DNA of 64,000 nt from Phoronis australis (taxonomy: Eukaryota > Animalia > Phoronida), in contig NMRA01000395.1 of assembly GCA_002633005.1 (NCBI GenBank), positions 230,994 through 294,993 of the forward strand, given 5' to 3'. Position 1 is the first letter of the stretch. Every line of letters starts with the position of its first letter. The notes below the pieces were generated by a model, which made no database searches, was not told the origin of the DNA, and was given only the letters and a program-made list of their open reading frames with translations. Shown piece after piece: positions 11,726 through 26,700 of the stretch. Position numbers and translations under genes: made by a program.

Positions 11726-14700
11726 GTGAGTTTGAAAACGTGACCCATTTCTGCATTTCCTCATTTAACTGCATATCGTGCTGTATCATTCTGAAACCGC
11801 ACATCATTATACTTGTCGTTTTCAAAATCCTCAATAATGAAATCAAGTTAGTTAACACAGTGACCCATCTGGGCTCAGAAATATGACTTACGTAGCCTGG
11901 TCACCAGCTGTATGGACAATCTCATCAGTCCCTACCCTCAAAAAAGTCATTCCTGCACTTCATTAGATGGTATCTGGTGAATTGTTGGTTTTGAAAAATA
12001 GACACCTAAAATACTATGCCAATTTTCAAAAACATCCTCTGAGGAAACGAGGAAGCTAAGTATGTATGTGACAACCAGTGCCACCTATTGCTGACAGCGT
12101 TCCAGTTGTGATAAGGTTCACCTAAATCTGACTGGATTAAACTTGACAAAGCAACACACTTTTTGAAAAACAAATTTTGTATTCTTAACACCTGGAGTGC
12201 TTGTAACTTTAAGTTCATGCATGCAGTGTGTTACTTCGAAATGTAATATTTTTCAACCTGGGGTTTGGCTTAGCAGGCAATCCCTTGAAAACCCTTATAC
12301 TTTTCTTAGTATAATACACACTTTGCAGCTTGCAGTTTGAGCAGCTAAATTTACTTTGCACAAAATCAGTAAAATGTGATATGTCCATTGAAGGAACTAA
12401 GGCATTTTTATGTGCCCACATATTTATATGTGGATGCATTATGCCGTTATCTCCTTCCGTCCGTCCGGGCGGCGTCCGTCCAACGTCCACTGCTCTATCT
12501 CCAAAACCCTTTGACACACGTTCATGAAATTTAACACTTATGTTCCATTCATGAATGGGACAGCATGAGCGAACTTTCAGACGGATTCGACTACCGGTGT
12601 GCCCCCTAGTGGCAATTTTATTTTTTTGCGCTTACAAGTTTATCTTCAAAAGTCCTGAACAGATTTTCATGAAATTTGGTATGTAGGCACCTATTAGTGA
12701 GTTAACGCTATCCTTCCGTTTTCGGATGGATTCGACTTAGTTTGCGCCACCTAGTGGCCATTTTACTGTTTTCGAGTCTGTTTTTTGTGTCCACCCCTCT
12801 ATCAACCAAACCGCTCAAACGATGATTGTGAAAATTGGCATGTATGTGCTTACTATGAAGAGGACGGTTGACGATAATTTTCCGACAATTTCGAGTACTG
12901 TGGTGCCACCTAGTGACAGTTTTTTGTTGCACCTGTGGCTGTATCTCCTAAACCGTTCGCAGGATCTTTACTTAATTTAGCAAGTGTATTTATATGATGT
13001 TGACTACGGATGACGACAACTTTCGGACATATTTGACTACTGCTGTGCCCCCTAGTGGCAATTTTAGTTTTTTACGTTTAGCTCAGTATCTTCAAAGGTC
13101 CTCAACAGATTTTCATAATTTTTTTACTATAACTGTCAACCCCTTGTATATCAGTTAGGTTCAAAACTAGCACAGGATCTATTGGTGTGATGACGCTATC
13201 TACCTGTTTTTGAATGGAATCGAGGTATTTTGCACCACCTAGTGGCCATTTTTTGCTGTTTTCAAATCTTGTTTTTGTTGTCCACCCCTGTATCAACCAA
13301 ATCATTTGAAAATTGGCGTATATGTTCCCAGCAAGACGACCTTTGATGATGGTGACTGACTACTGTGGCGCCTCCTAGTGGTAGTTTTGTTTTACGCTCA
13401 TAGTTGTATCTCCTAAACCCACTGCAGGATCTTTACTAAATTTAGTAAGTGTATTTATATGATAATAACAACAGACAACGACTTTCAGGTGCATCCAACG
13501 GACACTGTGCCCACTAATGGCAATTTCATTTTATTCTGTTTTCCTTTGTTTCTCTGAAGTTCCTTGACAGATTTTTATGAAATATGGCAAGTTCTTGTTT
13601 TTGGATGGATTGTATGTTTTTGCGCCATCTTAAGTGGCCATTTTTATGATACAGATAAGTAACCCTAAAATCACTCCATTTGCAATGCATTCATGGGCGC
13701 AATTCAACGCTCCGCATTGCTCTTGTCTATAACATACTATTGCTGGGAGCAGGTTTGACATCATGGGGCACTGCAATCTCACTGTGCCCAAAACGATCTT
13801 TGTATTGGCTGTTGAATGACCTTCCTATATCAGTATGGAAGATCTCTGGGGACATGCTGAGTTAGTCTAATAGCTTAGTTCCTTGCTAACTGTAGATATA
13901 GAGCTTTCATATTAGTCTGATTTCATTCCTAACACATGAAATGACTGTATTAGTAATTTAGTAATTAGCTTTTGCTACTGAACTAGCTGAGGTCTTCCAT
14001 AGCTATGTAAAGAATGCAAATTAAGATGCAAAGTATGGAAGGGAAGTGGAACTTACTCAGTTCAAATTCCTCAACAAAATTAACGTTTTGGTAAAATCGT
14101 GTTATTTTTGGATGAACTGGCATTGTGGAACAACAATAATTATTTTTAATACGATGTTCTCCATGATTGATGAATTGTGCTTAAGGCCTAAAGCCATTTG
14201 TCAATAGTCCACAAACTTCAAACAATGAAAGTTGTTCTTCATTATTTGCTGGTTTTGTTCAAAACAGACTGTAGGTTTGGAAAATTTGCTTGTTTGACTT
14301 TCAAGAATTCCTAATTTTGTGCTTACTATTCAGTTCTAAGAATTATCTTAGTCCATTAGAAGGTTGTTTGTTTAATATTATCAATTTATCTTTTCAGGAA
14401 ACTCAAGTCTATCAACAACTCCATTGTCTTTCATTGACACCACTGTGACTACCACTGTAATAAGTAAGACACTTAAAAAAATTCATTCCTGACTTTGTAG
14501 ATTCTCCATATCTCACTTTCAGTTTTGGTCATGGAAGACAGTTGATGGGAGTGACAGCATGAGTTTTTTTGAAAATATTACAAAGTTTATGTTTGAAATG
14601 AATAATTCAAATGATCGATGGACTATATCATTCATCCAGGTGAATAACTAGATGCGAAAAAATTATAAATTAAATTTTTATATTTGTGAAATAATTTTGG

Positions 14701-17700
14701 TGGAGCTGCTTGGCTCTAGGGAATTAATGACTGACTGGTTCCTGGGAAAATTTTGCTGCCCTCTGACTGCATTCATCAGACAACAACTGCAAGTCCCTGA
14801 AGCATGAGTCAGACAATTTAGTTCTGACTCATCTGTATCTATTCAAAGAGGGTTCTTGTCTTTAACCCAGACATCCTCTTAGACACTTCACTCAAACCAT
14901 GTTCTTTCTGACCGTCTGTTTAGTCCTACCAATATGCAAATCTTTACCTTCATCACAATCACATGGAATGTGAGTCACCACTCTACCGACATCACCGAGT
15001 GGAGGTTTGTCATTATGGAACAAAAGCTACATCTGAACATGTCAGCAGGCATGTGTTCTATTCTAATACCCTTCATAATAAAAATTCTTTTGAAAGAATT
15101 TAACATACGGCACTGTAGCAGTGGTACAAATATTCTGCTCTCCTTGCAATTGCCATGTAAATAGCCCAGTTAATCAGAACCCTGCCAAGTGTTCTTTCTC
15201 TGCAATGACCACCTCGGCAGTGGTGCAAAATGACTCTGTACAATGGTCTAAGTTACAATTAAATAACACTCAGTTTGTGCTCCAGTGGATGATTAGAGTC
15301 AAATAGTTAATACTGGTCCATGTGTGTCGGCTTCCTATGAACAAAGACACTTTTAAGTATAAGTTTAGGAATGGAATCTTAAAAAGTTCCATTGTCTCTC
15401 TCATGGAGCCAAGATGTCAAAAAGGGCATGATACTCCCAAGAAAATTATTTAAAGTAAGTCCCAGAAGTTGTGATTTGTAATTTTTTGACATCCAATAAT
15501 TTGAATTTGCACTGATTGAGTAATCGTTAATTATTTCTCAAATTTTCAGGGAAAACATAAGTAAACAATTATAGCACTTGTCGTTTGCTCAACTCACTAG
15601 GTCACTAATACATGAACATCATTTCTTTATATTGTTATTTGTGTTTACATTCCTTTCAGTTATTTTTGTTGTGTCTCTTCCCTTACATTTCAACTTATTC
15701 TCGCAGCACTCGATTTGGCAACCTGTACGCCAATGTGACCCCAGATTGTGTTTTACGACCTGAGAAAAATTACAAGTCGCCGTGAAGTCGCCACACAAGC
15801 ATCAAAATCGGACATTAATTCCCTCTAAATTTGTTTTAAAGTTCCTGTTGACTTACAAAAAATTATTAACAGTTAAAAATTGTTTTATTTATTTCACGGA
15901 ATCCGTGCATTTGCTACCACAGCAGTCAGCAGACATCAAACGCGCTTTAATTACAGCAGGAAGGTAAACAGACTAAAGTTGGAATTGCTCCGCCAAAATC
16001 AACTCTGGTCCCTAAGTACAACTTTGACTTCATCTGGTCACATCAACAGAGTGTAGCTCTGTACCAAGTATTGTTTTGACTTTGATTTCAGCTGATTCTA
16101 CTAAAGTGACTCATCAAGTGTTATCAACTGCAGAGATGGGTTCAACTGCAACACCTGCAACACAACCAGGTTAGTCTCACTGAGAGTCATGTTACCACTG
16201 TTACCATTAACTTGTTATCTCCTCTACTGTCATCATTATGGGATTTTCACCATTGAGCCTAACTTGTTGGATTGTATAACCCAACAACAGGTTGGGAGGA
16301 TGACCCCTGTAGCCAATATCTTACACCACTGATAAACTCCATTCTGGCATTCATGGTGAGAGCCAGTTCTCTTTTGTTCGATAATTGCTCTGATCTCCCA
16401 TAAGATCCTATCTAGCAGGACTGGGCTATGCTGCTAAACATAAAAGTTAAGTTGTAACATATTTGAACATAAACCAGTACTATACAATCCAATAGCATTT
16501 CTGAATTTCTGGACAAAGGCTGATCCTGTTTAGTTTTTGAATCACCAAAATCCTCCCACTACAATTGAACTTATGACAATCTATTCTTTCCAAACTTAAC
16601 AATTTGCACAGGATTTGGCTGTGTTCACAGGTGGTCTGTAATAAACCTTATAGATAATTGGCCTGCCTGTTGTCATCAACCAGACAGATGACTGTGCTTA
16701 GCAGTTGACAAAGGAGCTAGATGTTATCACACATTCCTAAAGTCACTGAACAGGAGAACGCCCTAATGTCATATCAGCAAGGTTTTGTCGAAATCATGCA
16801 GTTTGCTTTCAAATCTGGTCCTGGAGTCTGTGTCATCCGACATTTACGTTTAACTGTTTTGCTCTTTTGTCTTGATCTCGTGAGAATACCAATTCCAAAA
16901 CATAATCTACAATGGAATGATAACACAATAAAACGTCTAAAGCAGTCCAAACCAGAGCATTTTGGATGATCAGCCGTAATTGAAGTCATTGAAGTCAAGA
17001 CGTTGCTGTAATGTTGTCCGTTTTATTGGCTTACTGTTTTTTTGCCTTTTGTGTTATGACAAAGCTTGGTAAAATCTGGTTAGTTAATGCATAGCATGTT
17101 AATTGTTTGTGCGATATACTTGTGTTTTCTTATATTAAATACTTCACATGAGACAGCATTTATTGGAAGAACATTGTTTCAGCTATAACTCACAGCAATT
17201 TCATTGGAACGTCAACCTCTTCAACTGTTCCTACTTCTGCAACTATCTTGTCTCTTTCCACTTCAACTACTGCTTCCACTGGGGCTTCTACCACTGTCCT
17301 ATCTATTCCTACTACAAATATTCCAACTACTAATGCCTCTACCACTAACCTGTCTGCTCCTACTACAACTATTCCAACTACTAATGCCTCTACCACTAAC
17401 CTGACTGCTCCTACTACAACTATTTCAACTACTAATGCCTCTACCACTAACCTGACTGCTACTGCTATAACCGTTACACCTACTAATGCCTCTGTCCCTA
17501 ATATGTCTGTTCTTAGTACAATTACTATTTCTACTGCTGTCTTCACCACTAATCTGACTACGCCTAGTACAACTACTCCCACTACTCCTGCTTCTACAAC
17601 TAACCTAACTGCTCCTACTACAACTTCTACTGTTGTCTCTGCCACTAACTCAACTATCTCAACTACAACTGCTTCAACTACTATTAATTCAACACATGTT

Positions 17701-20700
17701 GCAGAAAACAGTGAGTAAAATTACCAACTGAAATATTGTTGCCAAAGTTAGTTAAATTGGGTCAATGTCTGATTCATTGTAAATGATCAATGGAGAATGA
17801 ATTTGTTTAAGGTTATGAAGGACGTTATAAAAATTTCCAATTTTGACAAACTTTGGAATACCTTGTCTCAGAAATGTTGATTGAACTCACATGAATCTTT
17901 GAGTTGCTATGGTTTATGCGCTGTTCCTCAAAAGGCATTTCTTAGATTTTATTTTGAACATTTACATCATATGAAATTTGCTCATTTTTTGATCATGTTC
18001 TTTTGGTGTGAATGTACCTTTCTCTTCATGCGCTCACATATAAATATGTGGGTGCATATTGTCTACATGTCGTTTTGGGTGTCAAGGCGTCCGCCGTGCT
18101 GCATCTTCTGCTACTTAATCCTCTAAACCCCTCGGAGGGTCTAGTTGAAATGTAGCTGGTTTATTCTTATTTATCTTTGCTTCTGTATCTTCGGAGTTTA
18201 GTCCTAGATTTTCATGACATTTGGAAAATAGGTTTATAATAATGACACGATGATGCCATTCAATTTTCACTTGCGTTTGATGTATTTACACCATGTTGTG
18301 GACACTTTTGATATTTTTGTTGTTTTCTGGCGTCCGCCTCTCCAGCTGCCAAGGCACTCCAAGGATTCGTATAGAAATTACTAATGTGTTCCTGCTGAGA
18401 AGGTCATGTCTGACCTTGACGTGGGACGAGTCCCACTACTGTCTCACCCCCTAGTGGCGATTTTTTGCATCTGTATGTCCTTAACCTTTGAATGATCTTT
18501 GTGAAATTTGGCAGATGGCAATACTGCTATGGATTTGACGATGAGTTTCAGACCAATTAGACTGTAGCAGTGCACCCTAGTGTCAATTTTATTCTTTTCG
18601 CATTTGACTCTGTCTGTATCTGTGGAGTTCCTTTGCTTCCTTTCATGAATTTTGGTAAATAGTTAGAGTGGTGTCTGCATCTTCCCAATTACAGATGTTT
18701 TTGACATTTTTTCCCGTCAAATGGACATTTGTAATATACTTAAAACACTCGTAGAAGAACACTGTTTGTGGTGCTGTCATGGGTGCATTTCAATACTCCA
18801 TTTTTCTCTTGTTGCTAAATTTCGCGAAGAAGCATGGTCATGTGACCTAACGGTGTAAAGTCGAGAATGAAATTCTAAAAGTTATTTCTTTTTTAATGAA
18901 GTGCATTACTTTTGTCTTGTTAAATCCTATAGTTTTGTATTTGCCAACATGTACAGGTTGTCTATAAGGTCCTACATAATCTTAGCAAAAGAACTGTTGT
19001 GGTTTTAAGGTTTTGGTCACTTAGCTTAAGGACTTGATCACTTAGCTTAAGGATTTGATCACTAAGCTTAAGGACTTGATCACTTAGCTTAAAGACTTGA
19101 TCACTTAGCTTAAGGACTTGATCACTAAGCTTAAGGACTTGATCACTAAGCTTACTTTTCACAAAGCCTAAAGCATGTTCCACGCATTCTGCATGATGGT
19201 GTCCTGGTTGTTAAAACCCATGTGATGTTAAATATTAATATTCATCGCATGCAGCACAATTAATAATCACATGTTGTGGCAATTTTTATCTATTATTCCG
19301 TATATTTAACAAAAATAATATTCTCAGCTTCTGAAACAATGGGTTAGTCAGCTTGAATGTCAGCCTGATTATTACAATTTACCTCATTTTGTTGTCGTCA
19401 GTTCAATAATCTTTAATTTTCGTTTGAATCGTGAGAATTTATTTCGCATAATTCTCAGAAATTTGCATATCGTATTTGTCAAAGTTAATGTCAGGCAGCA
19501 TTGTTTAAATTAAAAACTCAGTAATCAGTTTGTGGGCATTAAGCAGAGTGTGGGTGTTGCCAGTCAAAGTTGATGGAGAAATAATATGTTGGCACATCAT
19601 TCCATCTGTATGGCTATGCAGAGAATAGTAATATTCTGTGTGTGACTCTTACATTCCATCTGTATGGCTATGCAGAGAATAGTAATATTCTGTGTGTGAC
19701 TCTTACATTCCATCTGTATGGCTATGCAGAGAATAGTAACATTCTGTGTGTGAGTCTTACATTCCATCTGTATGGCTATGCAGAGAATAGTAACATTCTG
19801 TGTGTGACTCTTACATTCCATCTGTATGGCTATGCAGAGAATAGTAATATTCTGTGTGTGACTCTTACATTTAAATTTTAAGTTTGCTTATAAAAGACCC
19901 TGGCACATATCATTGTATTTTGGCTAGACAAGTGTACTTTTATGAATTTTTGCCCATTTTCGTGCTCTTTTCTGAGCACATGTCTATTTTAAACGAATTT
20001 CGATCTAATTTTGAAAAAATACGCATAGGAGGAGTGATAAGGCTTGTCGTAAGAACTTTGCATAATCCTTAAGATAATGTAGCACCCTGTAATAAAACGA
20101 CCAAATTTGACTGACTGTAGAACATCATATCTCAAAATTGGCCGATCAGATTCTCGTGAGAGTCTCACATACCATGCCTTACGCATTCTACAAGAAGCTG
20201 ATAGGAATTGTTTTCAAAATGTTTTACTTTTGCATGAAGAGCTATTAAATATTAGGGACCCAAAGATTTTTCTGAAAAAACTCAACGGTTACATTAAACA
20301 ATTACTTATAAAACATGTGGAGCATGTGACCACACATGGTTTTTGTGAATATTGCATCAACAGGACACAGCCCTGCTTATAACTTTCACATTTTTCATCA
20401 TTTCAGTCTTAATTACCATATTTCAATAGACCACTTGCGGGTTTATTCGCGGTTGTCGTAAACAACTATGACGTCACGCGTTGGGGGACAAAACCTGTCA
20501 TATTTGCCATTGTGTTGTATTTAGCCTCATTCGTCTAGTTTTGTATATTTTATTATTTTTAGTGTTAAGAGAATGTTTTGCGTTGGCGACTGTGCCACCA
20601 ACAGCTTCATCGGTGGTTATTAGATCGCAGAATCTCTGTCGTCAAAATACAGCTAGATATCACTTTGTGTAGCCTTTGTGCAAAGCTTTGCGCCCATGTA

Positions 20701-23700
20701 GGTTTAAAACTGACTAAATAAAATCTGACACAAAATTAATATTAAAAACTGCACTCTTCGTTGAGTAAAATGAATTAGTTACCAGTGTTAGAAAATTGGC
20801 GTTCTACAGTTATTTTGCTGCTAAAATTGTGGTAGGATCTTTTGTGTTGGCTAATTCGGGGCCATGAAATATTGCGTCATAAATTGGCCAATTTCTTTTT
20901 TCTGCCAATTCCGTCTTCAATCAACTGTTCTTCTCTTCCTGGCGTAGAGGTTGCGTACATGTCACAACACATTATCAGGAATGGTTTCGCTTCTTTACTA
21001 ATTTTTGGTATTTTAATACCAGCAAACCGAATTTCAGAACAAATTTTGCCACTGCGAAGCTATCGTCATCTCCCGAGAGATGTCACAAAATTTTTGGAAA
21101 CGGCGAGTGCACGTGTCACGAGCGTAGTATTGAAAACTACGATTCTTTTGTTACAAAAAGAGGAAATTTGTGCAAAAAACTGCCGTTAATTAAATAGTTT
21201 TTAATTTAAATGGCTGCAACAGGAAAGGTGAGTGTCAGTTGACTCCCAGATTTGCATGCACCCACCCACATGCTGCTGGTTGTTAGTTCTACATGTTAAT
21301 AGAAGTTTCACGACGAGGTGATGAGCAGAACTACCAGGCTGTACGAAACTTCAGGATGCAAGGAAGCTAACACACGGTGGTTCCTAGCTGTATTTTGACT
21401 ACAGTAGTCGTACAGGTAGCTGGCTGGCTGAACCCGTGTCGTCGCGGTCACTGCCTGCTTTATATTATGTGTCACTGTTGCATGTTCCATAACAGCAATG
21501 TTTCTCGGGCATTTTGGAGAGCAAAGTGAGTTAACTTCACTCAAATGATGCAATTAATATCACAAATTCTCATTACTAACGAAATGTTACGCTACGGGTA
21601 CGTTATGCGTGAGATTTATAAGTCGCAGCTATCGACATCCACGTACAGTGGGACACAAGATGAACTATCAATTCTCCCTACTCTGTCCCCTGTTTCCGGA
21701 CACTCTGTCTGCTCTTGCGTTTACACGCGTGATCTTCATACAACTCGCAAGTAGTCTATTTATGAAACTGCATGGGGTCCACTAGCTATTGCATGTAGTG
21801 GTGACCCGTGACCTTCACTAGCTGGTAGTCCCCTCACTGGTGACCCAAGATTCATGCACTGCAGATTTTCTCATGGTTGTCGTGATATTTAGTGGCAACA
21901 TACCGTTTGCTGTATATTTGAAGCATTTAATGCATACAAGTTCTGAGTGTCCCTTCAATTTGTTTTATTGCATAGATTTTATAAGACATAATTAAAGGTA
22001 CTTTCAGACCTACTACAAGCAGCATTGTGTCTCATACCTTAGTTACTCACCTCGATAGTATTACTAAGTGCAAATAATATTTCAACAACATGTGTATTTA
22101 TTTAACTACTGGAAGACAATACCATGTGTATTTTACCACTTTGAGAACTGGTTGGAGTTCTGTGTTTTCTTGTTTGTGAGTGTAGTGAGAAATTTGAACA
22201 TAACCAGGTATTAGAAAACCTAGGTGTCAGTTGACACCCAGGCCTCAAATATCAGGACCAATTTGGATGACATAAAGGTCATATTTAATGTTTTGCGTCA
22301 ATTTTGATTGTATTGACTATAAACCAGACTTGTTTACTAATACACTGTCTGGCCCTCAAATGTAAACACTTCAGTCAGAACAGTCCTGTTGTGTTGGCCT
22401 AACTTTCTGCTTGAAATCAGCTGGAATGCTGACAATTCCACAATAGTCTCTGTGTAGACCAGTGGTTTGTACACACAGACAATCTTCTACTTGCATGCAA
22501 GTTTGACTTGTGATTTTTTGTTGTGTCTTCATTGTTTGCTGTGTTTCTATCAAGTGCATGTTTTTTTTACAACTATACCAGCTTAATTTTGTACTTCACT
22601 GTCACTGTCGAGCTTTCGTTGTTGTGTCCTTCATGTTGTGTTCCCTTTTCCAGAACTCATGCCTGCTACCATTAACAACACTAGCTCAACTCAAACTTCA
22701 CTGACTGTTAGATGGAATTATGACTCTGGTGAAAAAGATGGATTCATTGTAACATGTAGAAGTAGCTCTGAGGACTCTAGAACAGTCAATGCCTCTGCAA
22801 ATGATACTTCAGCAACATGTATTGGCTTAACTCCGGGAAGACGTTACACTGTGTATATTACCACATGGAAAATGGATTGGAAATCTGTGATTTCTAATAG
22901 AACAGTTGTTCAAACAAGTAAGTGTGTCAAGGAAAATTTGAATGCATCGGAAATGGAAGCTGTGATTTGTAACAATTTTTAAGTGCAGTTAGTCTTATTG
23001 CAGTTTGCGGTTGCTCATGAAATATTATTTGAGACTCTTAGCATTTTTCTTCCATGCATTATAATAATTCCTTTTTATGCTCCCACATATTTATATGTGG
23101 ACCCATTATGCCGTCATCTCCATCTGCCCGTCCGTCTGGCGTCCGTCCGGCGTCCGTCCGGCGTCCATCTGTCCGGCGTCCGCTGCTCTATCTCCAAAAC
23201 CCTTTGACGTACGTTCATGAAATTTTGCACACGCTCCTATCGTGAATGGGGCGGCATGAGCGAACTTTCCGACGGATCCGACTACCGGTGTGCCCCCAGG
23301 TGGCAATTTTAGTTTTTTACGCTTACCTCTATATCTTCAAAGGTCTTAAAGGTATTTTCCTAAAATTTGGCATTTAGGCATCTATTAGTGAGATGAAGCT
23401 ATCCTCCCATTTTCGGATAGATTTGACGTAGTTTGCACCACCTATTGGCCATTTTTGCTGTGTTCGAGTTTTTTGGCGTCCACCCCTCTATCAACCAAAC
23501 CGTTTTAAGGATGATCATGGAAATTGGCATGTATCTTTTTATTATGAAGAGTATGGCTGACGATGATTTTCTGATGATTTCGACTACTGTGGCGCCCATG
23601 GCCGTATCTCCTAAACCGTTGGCAGGTTCTTTACTAGATTCTGCAAGTGTATTTATATAATGTTGACAATAGATGACGACGACTTTGCGACCTATCTGAC

Positions 23701-26700
23701 TACTCGTGTGCCCCCTAGTGGCAATTTCATTTTTTTACATTTATTTCGGTATCTTCAAAGGTCCTCAAGGTATTTTCATAAAATTTGGAATATAGGCACC
23801 TATTAGTGAGATGATGTTATCTTTCCGTTTTCGGATGGATTCGGCGTAGTTGGCACCACCTTGTGGCCATTTTTGCTGTTATCGAGTCTGTTTTTTGGCG
23901 TCCACTCCTCTATCCACCAAACCGTTCTAAAGATGATTGTGAAAATTCGCTTGTGTGATTTTTTTTGAAAAGGACTGCTGACGATGATTTTAAGACGATT
24001 TCGACTACTGTGGCAGTTTTGTCTCTTTTTGCGCGCATGGCTGTATCTCCTAAACCGTTTGCAGCATCTTTGCTAAATTTAGCAAGTGCATTTACATGAT
24101 GTTGATAACGGATGATAACAACTTTCGGTCCGATCTGACAACCAGAGTGCCCCCTAGTGGCAATTTTCATTTTTTAGGCTTACCTCTGTGTCTTCAAAGG
24201 TCCTCAACGGATTATCAGAAAGTTTGGAATCTAGGCATTTATTGGTGAGATGATTCTATCCAATCGCTTTCGTATGGAATTGAGGAACTTTCGCGCCACA
24301 TAGTGGCCATTTTTCCTGTTTTCGAGTCTTGTTTTTTGGCGTCCACCCCTTGATGAACCAAACCATTTTGAGGATGACTTTGAAAATTGGTGTATATGTT
24401 CTCAGTGTGAAGAGGACAGTTGACGATAATGCATTCGACTACTATGGCGCCTCCTAGTGGTAGTTTTGTTTTGTTTTGCACCCATAGCTACATCTCCTTA
24501 TTAAAGGAGCATACCACCCAAAAAACAACCTAATGTGTATCAATCTAGATCGAGTAGTTCTACTCCATAACGACACGTACAGTTGCGTTACATGACACCT
24601 GACGACAGACGGAGGTATTGAAATTATCCAATGACTTCATCGGTTTCACATGCAGTCTGTTCAGCAGTTCACAACACGGGTTATTGGTGTCAGCTTATCG
24701 CTTGAAGTCATCGTTTAACACCAATAAATCATCAAACTTCGATGTAAAACCCTTAAAAACACACCGAATTCTTATAAAAACGTGTTGTTTTATTTCGCTC
24801 TTACGGATTTATTGGTATTTGGACACACCGTAGCCTACAAAGTTCGGCAGGCCAATAAGGTCCGTAGCAGGAGTTTGGGGTCGGACTAGATTATTTGCAA
24901 CGATTTAAACATAATTGAGCTCAGTCACTGGAAATGTGAATGTTGCTGAATTTTATGATACTCATTCATAAATTTAAGTTATCTGGTGGCATTTGTTTTC
25001 AGTTTTGACTGGTGTCACTGGTATTCATGTTTCTCGCAAAGAGTCCACGAGTTTGACTATCACATGGAACCATGCCAGAGGCAGTAAGGAGAACTATGTG
25101 GTGGAGTGTAGTGGTGTAGCAAATTCTCTCTCAGAGACACCTGTTGGCGCAAGACAGGCAGTTGATGAAACTGTCAATAGTACTACATGTAGCCCGTTGA
25201 CTCCAGGATCAAAGTATTCTGTTACGATCACTACTATAAAGAATGGTTGGAGTAATGTTAGTGCAAATCTGTCAAATGACAGTGCAAAAACTGGTGAGTT
25301 GCCAGATTGTGTTCAGACACAAATTTTCGTTTGAATATTCTCACGTGTAAGAAGTTCTGGGTGTTGCTTCCTAAATGTTGTGAAACGTAACCCTTTTCTG
25401 TTTTCATCCAACTGTATTCAAATTCATTGTGTTTTATTGGTAAAACAACATTTTCATTGTTATTGATTTCTGTCAAAAGAAAGACAGCACCTTTCCTCAT
25501 GATTGCTGCAATGAATTTGAGGTATATCACTGCGTCCTTTATTGGTCGATGTCAGAATAACAAATTTTGTGGGTATGGATGAGGATGGTATGAAAAATAA
25601 TGAATCCCGTTTTCTGTCATTTTCTTAAAATATTGGTAAGAGAATTTTATAATCAATGAAGAATTTTTAATTATTAAATGAATAAGAAGCAACATGGAGA
25701 AACTGGTTAATCATAAATTTTTTCTGACAACATCCTAGGGTGGGTGTGTTGGGGGGGAGGGTGTGTGTGCGTGTGTGTTTTTGTGCATGAGTTTGTATGC
25801 ATGTATATATGTATCAGCTGTTATTATGCTTAATGTATTACTGTACTCGCCCAGGTAAAATCCTAGCGTGCTTAATTTTGAGAATTTCAATGTTAAGTTG
25901 ATGAGACAAGCATTATTCAGTTAGCATTTCACCAGGTATTTAAAGGGCTCGCGAAATTGAGGCTGTTAATCTATCACCACTAGTACACGCGCGCCCTCTA
26001 GTTAATGTATATTTTCCGAATAACCCCATTTGTGTGTGCTTGACTTACAGTGTAAGAAGTATCCAAAAGTATCATTGGCCATATTAACAAAATACCATAA
26101 CACCCAGCATACAAGCTGTGCCAACTTTAGACAAAACTAATAGAAAATCATGTGTTTGTCTCAATTATATGGCAAAACTAAAACTTTTTGCCAATCATAC
26201 TGCCAAGTTGTGTTTTAGTAACCTTATTTATACTCACAATATATTTGTAATATCGAACTTGTATCGTTCAATGTGAAAATGGTCAGAGTTTTTAACACAA
26301 TCGGGTAATTGTTGGCTTTTGCCCGCAACCAAAGCTCTGCTTTTCATCATATTATGTGGTGTTAACTGTTTGTCTCAATGTGCTGTTTGGTAACCAGCTG
26401 TCTTCTGTTGTTGCATGGTGTACTGTGTTGTTGCTTGATGTACTGTGTTGTTGCTTGATGTACTGTGTTGTTGCTTGATGTACTGTTGTTGTGTTGCAGA
26501 CCTTAGTCCTGTTACCAACTTAACTGTTGTTGCGGAAGAAACAAGTCTGTCTGTCACTTGGCAGCACGGCTCTGGTGATAGAGGGGGTTACAAAGTCATG
26601 TGTCAAACTAGCTCAGAGGAATCGCGCATCATTGATCTATTGAAGAACAATACTACGCTAATGTTTGATAATTTGACTCCTGGTACAGAGTACAATGTCA

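Noticed and set aside
17190-17645. Val-rich minus-strand ORF
   Set aside because: Antisense shadow of the ACN-rich mucin exon
24501-24893. Kolobok-like element end (TTAA|AGGAGCATACCACCC)
   Set aside because: No matching second terminus found, so it cannot be supported as a feature
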